DNA from: Chara braunii | Lineage: Eukaryota > Plantae > Charophyceae | Length of the DNA: 64,000 bases | Assembly (NCBI GenBank): GCA_003427395.1 | Contig: BFEA01000031.1 | Location: 2,400,737-2,464,736, forward strand | Reading direction: 5' to 3' | Part shown: piece after piece, positions 60,294-64,000 of the stretch | How the letters are laid out: each line of letters opens with the position of its first letter | Position numbering within the stretch: position 1 is the first letter of the stretch | The notes under the pieces: generated by a model | Told to the model about the DNA's origin: nothing | What the model saw: only the letters and a program-made list of their open reading frames with translations | Databases searched by the model: none | Made by a program: the position numbers and the translations under genes

Positions 60294-63200
60294 CTCCCGC
60301 CGGCCTAAATTCGAGGTCCTCCGAGAATAACTCAGTCCAAGGCAGGACCTTTTCCTTTTCTATCTCTTTCGTAGGCTCTAACTATGTCGGGAGCTGTCTC
60401 TAGAATTTCGGCTCTAGTGAACCAGCGGCCATCCTCCGGTTCCTGTGGACGACCTCTACCTCCTGTTCTGAACACATCTTCACCTGCAATGCCGTCAATG
60501 TCATATCTTCCGTCCATGTCTGGAGGGATCATGGACCGTCTAGATGGAAACTGTTGACTGGCGACACACGGCAGCAACTTTGATGCGTGAAACACAAGGT
60601 AGGTGTGGAGGTGTGCTGGGATCTCTATGGTGTAGGACGGCCCATCCTCTCTGCCCTTAACTTCTAGAACTGGCCACGGTCCTCTATACGCGGGCAGTAA
60701 CTTCTGCAAGATGTTTTCCTCAGGAGCAAACTCTTTGGACTTGACCCAGACCAAGTCGCCTACTTGAAACTGTGACGGGCGACGGTGCTTATTAGCCTGT
60801 TCTATCATGCGGTGCTGGGCCTTCCTGAGGTTCTACACAACAGTGGCTATCTCTTTCTCGTGCTGTATCGCGAACTCCCTGGTATTGGGCGGTAGCCTGT
60901 GAATCTGATCCCGGTTAAGTCCCTCAAACGGTCTACATGGTCTAAAGGACTTGTGCAACTCGTTGGGAGTGCGACAGGTGGACAAATGCACGCGGTTATT
61001 GTATGCACTGGCTACCTTGGGTAACATCTCGTCCCAGTTAATCTGATCGGGTCTAATGTACATGCGCAGAACTTGTTGCAGGATCTTGTTCATCTGCTCT
61101 GTCTGACCGTTAGTCTCTGGATGGCGGCCAGATGACATCAACAACTTAGATCCATAGACTCTCATGAGCTCCTGCCAGTTCTGGCTAGTAAAACGTGTAT
61201 CTCTATCACTAACAATAGACAGTGGGACGCCATGCTCACTAACCCAAAAATCGAAAAACTTCTGAATGACTAACTCTGTACGTGCCTCTGCAGGCAAAGG
61301 AACAAAAACAACATACTTGCTAAATCTATCGACTATAACCATGACTTGGCTCTTGCCGTGCCTACTCTTGACACCGGCATCCATGAAATCGATGGAGACT
61401 GAATCTCCAGGCTGGTCTGGAATAGGCAAGGGTCTGAGAAGACCTAAAGGGGCACACGTAGTAGTCTTGTTCCTTTGACAGATTTTACAACTGTGGACAT
61501 ACTCTATGCAGTCGTTTTCCATTCCTGGCCAGGTGTACCCGTGCATAAGGTTGGCTAAAGTCTTTTGCCAACCGAAGTGTCCCTGTGTATCATGGCATTA
61601 CCCTAGGATTAGACTGCGAACCTCCTCATTGTTGGGAACGCATAGGTGGTCTACAACATTAGTCTTCTCAAACAATAAGTGCGGTAATCTGGCTCGGTCT
61701 CTGGGGCCTCCTTAACCTTCTTGAAGAGGTCACTATAGATAGGGTCCTGTGCATACGCCTGTCTAACTTTCTCTTGCAGGTCACGCCCTATGTCCAGATA
61801 GTGAACTATGGCTCCAAAGTAGTCTGACCTCCTACTCAGAGCATCCGCAACTACATTGTACTTGCCCTTAACTGGCTTGAGCTCAAAGTCGTATTGGTCT
61901 ATCTCGGCGGCCAACCTAGTCAACTTAGGTGTCATTTTGGCCTGTGTCTTCAGCCATCTAAGTGTCTCATGGTCTGAATATACCTTGAAGTGCCTCCCAA
62001 GCAGGTAATGCTTCCAGTGCTCTAAAGCCTGCCTGAGAGCGTAGAGTTCTCTCTCATACGTCGAGGTGGCTACCTTCTCTGAGGGCATCCTCGCTGACAT
62101 GAACTCTACGGGTCTGTAGCCATTACCGTCGTCCTGCTGTAACACGGCGCCTATTCCATACTGACTTGCGTTCGTGGTGACGACAAATGGCAAAGGCGGA
62201 TCTGCTACTTTGAGGACAAGGTACTCTATTAACGCGCGCTTTAACTTTTTTAGCGTAGACGAACAGTCCTTATCCCATTGCCAGATTGCCTCTTTCTTGA
62301 GCAACCTGCAAAGGGGAGCGGCGATAGTCGAGAAGTTCCTTACGAACTTCCTATAATAGTTAGCTAGGCCTAGGAACGACCGCAACTCTGTCAATGTGCG
62401 GGGCGTTGGCCAGTCCCTAATCGCCACTATCTTACTGTCCTCAGGCTTGATGCCATCTCCGTCTAACACGTGGCCCAAGTACAAGACTTGTGTCTTGGCC
62501 CACTCGCACTTCTTTGCATTGATCTTGAAGTTAGCCTCTCTCAGTTTCTCCAAAACCTGCCTCGCTGATCAAGAATCATTAGCGAAGTAGCCTGTCATCC
62601 AAGAAGATAAGGAATGTATGGAGACGGGTGTATGCAGACCTAATCCTTGGACGTTGGTATTCTGGAATGAATGACTTTGGCAATACGTCTCATCAAGTCA
62701 AAACTGAGACAGTCCGACTACCTTGTTGGCTGCATCGATGTTATTGTCGGTAACCAGCTTCTTGTTGACAATGTATGACTGTTTTGTAGACTTCGACCTG
62801 GGGTGGTCAGATTTTCTTTTGATCTTGTGTTATTGGATATATCTTTGTCGAGTATGCTGGACTTTTAATTGAGTGTGATTATTATTGCTTTCGTTCGAGT
62901 TGTGTGTCTAAGGGACTAGGATTGAGTTGTGGGTTTCACGCTTGGTTGAGACCGTCCTAGTCAACCGACGTTCGCTTCGTACTTAAGAGATCAGCGGCTT
63001 AGGGAGTGGACGACGCTCGGGTCCACTTGGCGTTAACCAAGCGTATCTATACTATACTGGTCATCAGGATGGACTTCTATTTGATGATACCCGGACTTCC
63101 AAGTCTATCTTTGAGAAATACCTGCAACCCTGCACCCGATCTAAGAGNNNNNNNNNNNNNNNNNNNNNNNNNNNNNNNNNNNNNNNNNNNNNNNNNNNNN

Positions 63201-64000
63201 NNNNNNNNNNNNNNNNNNNNNNNNNNNNNNNNNNNNNNNNNNNNNNNNNNNNNNNNNNNNNNNNNNNNNNNNNNNNNNNNNNNNNNNNNNNNNNNNNNNN
63301 NNNNNNNNNNNNNNNNNNNNNNNNNNNNNNNNNNNNNNNNNNNNNNNNNNNNNNNNNNNNNNNNNNNNNNNNNNNNNNNNNNNNNNNNNNNNNNNNNNNN
63401 NNNNNNNNNNNNNNNNNNNNNNNNNNNNNNNNNNNNNNNNNNNNNNNCAAGTCTATCTTTGAGAAATACCTGCAACCCTGCACCCGATCTAAGAGATCAT
63501 CTAACCTGGGCAGTGGTTCAGCATTCTTAACGGTAATCGCATTCAGACTCTAACTGCTCCTTTCTCATTAGTCGCGCAAACGCGGGAGCACTGAGACAGC
63601 AATGTGCCAGCGAGTTGTCTACTCCTGACACATGAAACAGACGGGCTATCTTAACCTCGCCTAACGGACTAGGGAGCCTACACTGATGCTCTCTCAAGTG
63701 GAGTGTGGCCCCTGCTGCCTCTCCCCAGTCCATACCTAGAACTATGTCAAATGGAAGGTCATCCTGTACGAGGAGAGTCAGGGAATGGAGAACTTTCTCC
63801 ACCTTCCCATCTTTCTCTAGGCGGAAGTACGCCTGGACTCCCTCTATGTAGTCCTCAACACGCATCGTGCGGTTGTCTGCGAGGACACTAACTATGGGGT
63901 CTTTCGATTTCTGGACTTTCAATCCTAGCCTCAGCTTTTTCAGCGCTCTACGGCTTATGTAGCTACGGGTAGCCCCTGAGTCTATAATGGCCTCAACTCT
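58572..64000 (-). mobile_element. Degenerate Ty3/Gypsy chromovirus-type LTR retrotransposon (protease, RT/RNase H, integrase, chromodomain, 3' LTR); continues beyond the window
   Basis: IIDSGATRSY protease near 63960-63990; FSKIDL.SGYHQI; RT/RNase H ORF 61651..62553; integrase 60833..61546; GPY/F and chromodomain 60332..60808; PPT followed by LTR. Confidence 0.94.

Noticed and set aside
63101-63496. Duplicated RT segment flanking an N gap (similar cases at 32562-32750 and 13936-14100)
   Set aside because: Near-exact repeats at or beside gaps are most likely scaffolding artefacts.

Overview
Eukaryotic, repeat-rich draft-assembly DNA. The Josephin, L1, Penelope and Gypsy calls below are from remembered motifs, not searches. 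The long TE-filled introns, plant-type proteins and TE families suggest a streptophyte alga such as Chara (inference). Two convergent intron-rich genes span the window. On + is ESCRT-III VPS2/CHMP2A, with five coding exons at 3617-11885 and its first coding exon not found in the window. On - is the 3' half of the NMD PIKK kinase SMG1, with ten exons from 58241 down to the FATC stop at 23824; the kinase domain lies beyond the window. The introns hold two decayed chromodomain Gypsy LTR elements, a solo LTR, L1-like LINE 3' ends, tRNA-derived SINEs, several MITE families, a full-length U6 retrocopy and Penelope-like elements (PLEs). Most notable: a Naiad/Chlamys-type PLE RT (27.0-29.7 kb) is followed by zinc fingers and a Josephin-like cysteine-protease segment. 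A second, divergent relic (2.0-3.0 kb) shows the whole Josephin-like domain followed by a RING-like finger. Together they suggest a retroelement carrying a ubiquitin-editing module. Two Nextera mate-pair adapters and several N gaps mark local assembly artefacts.
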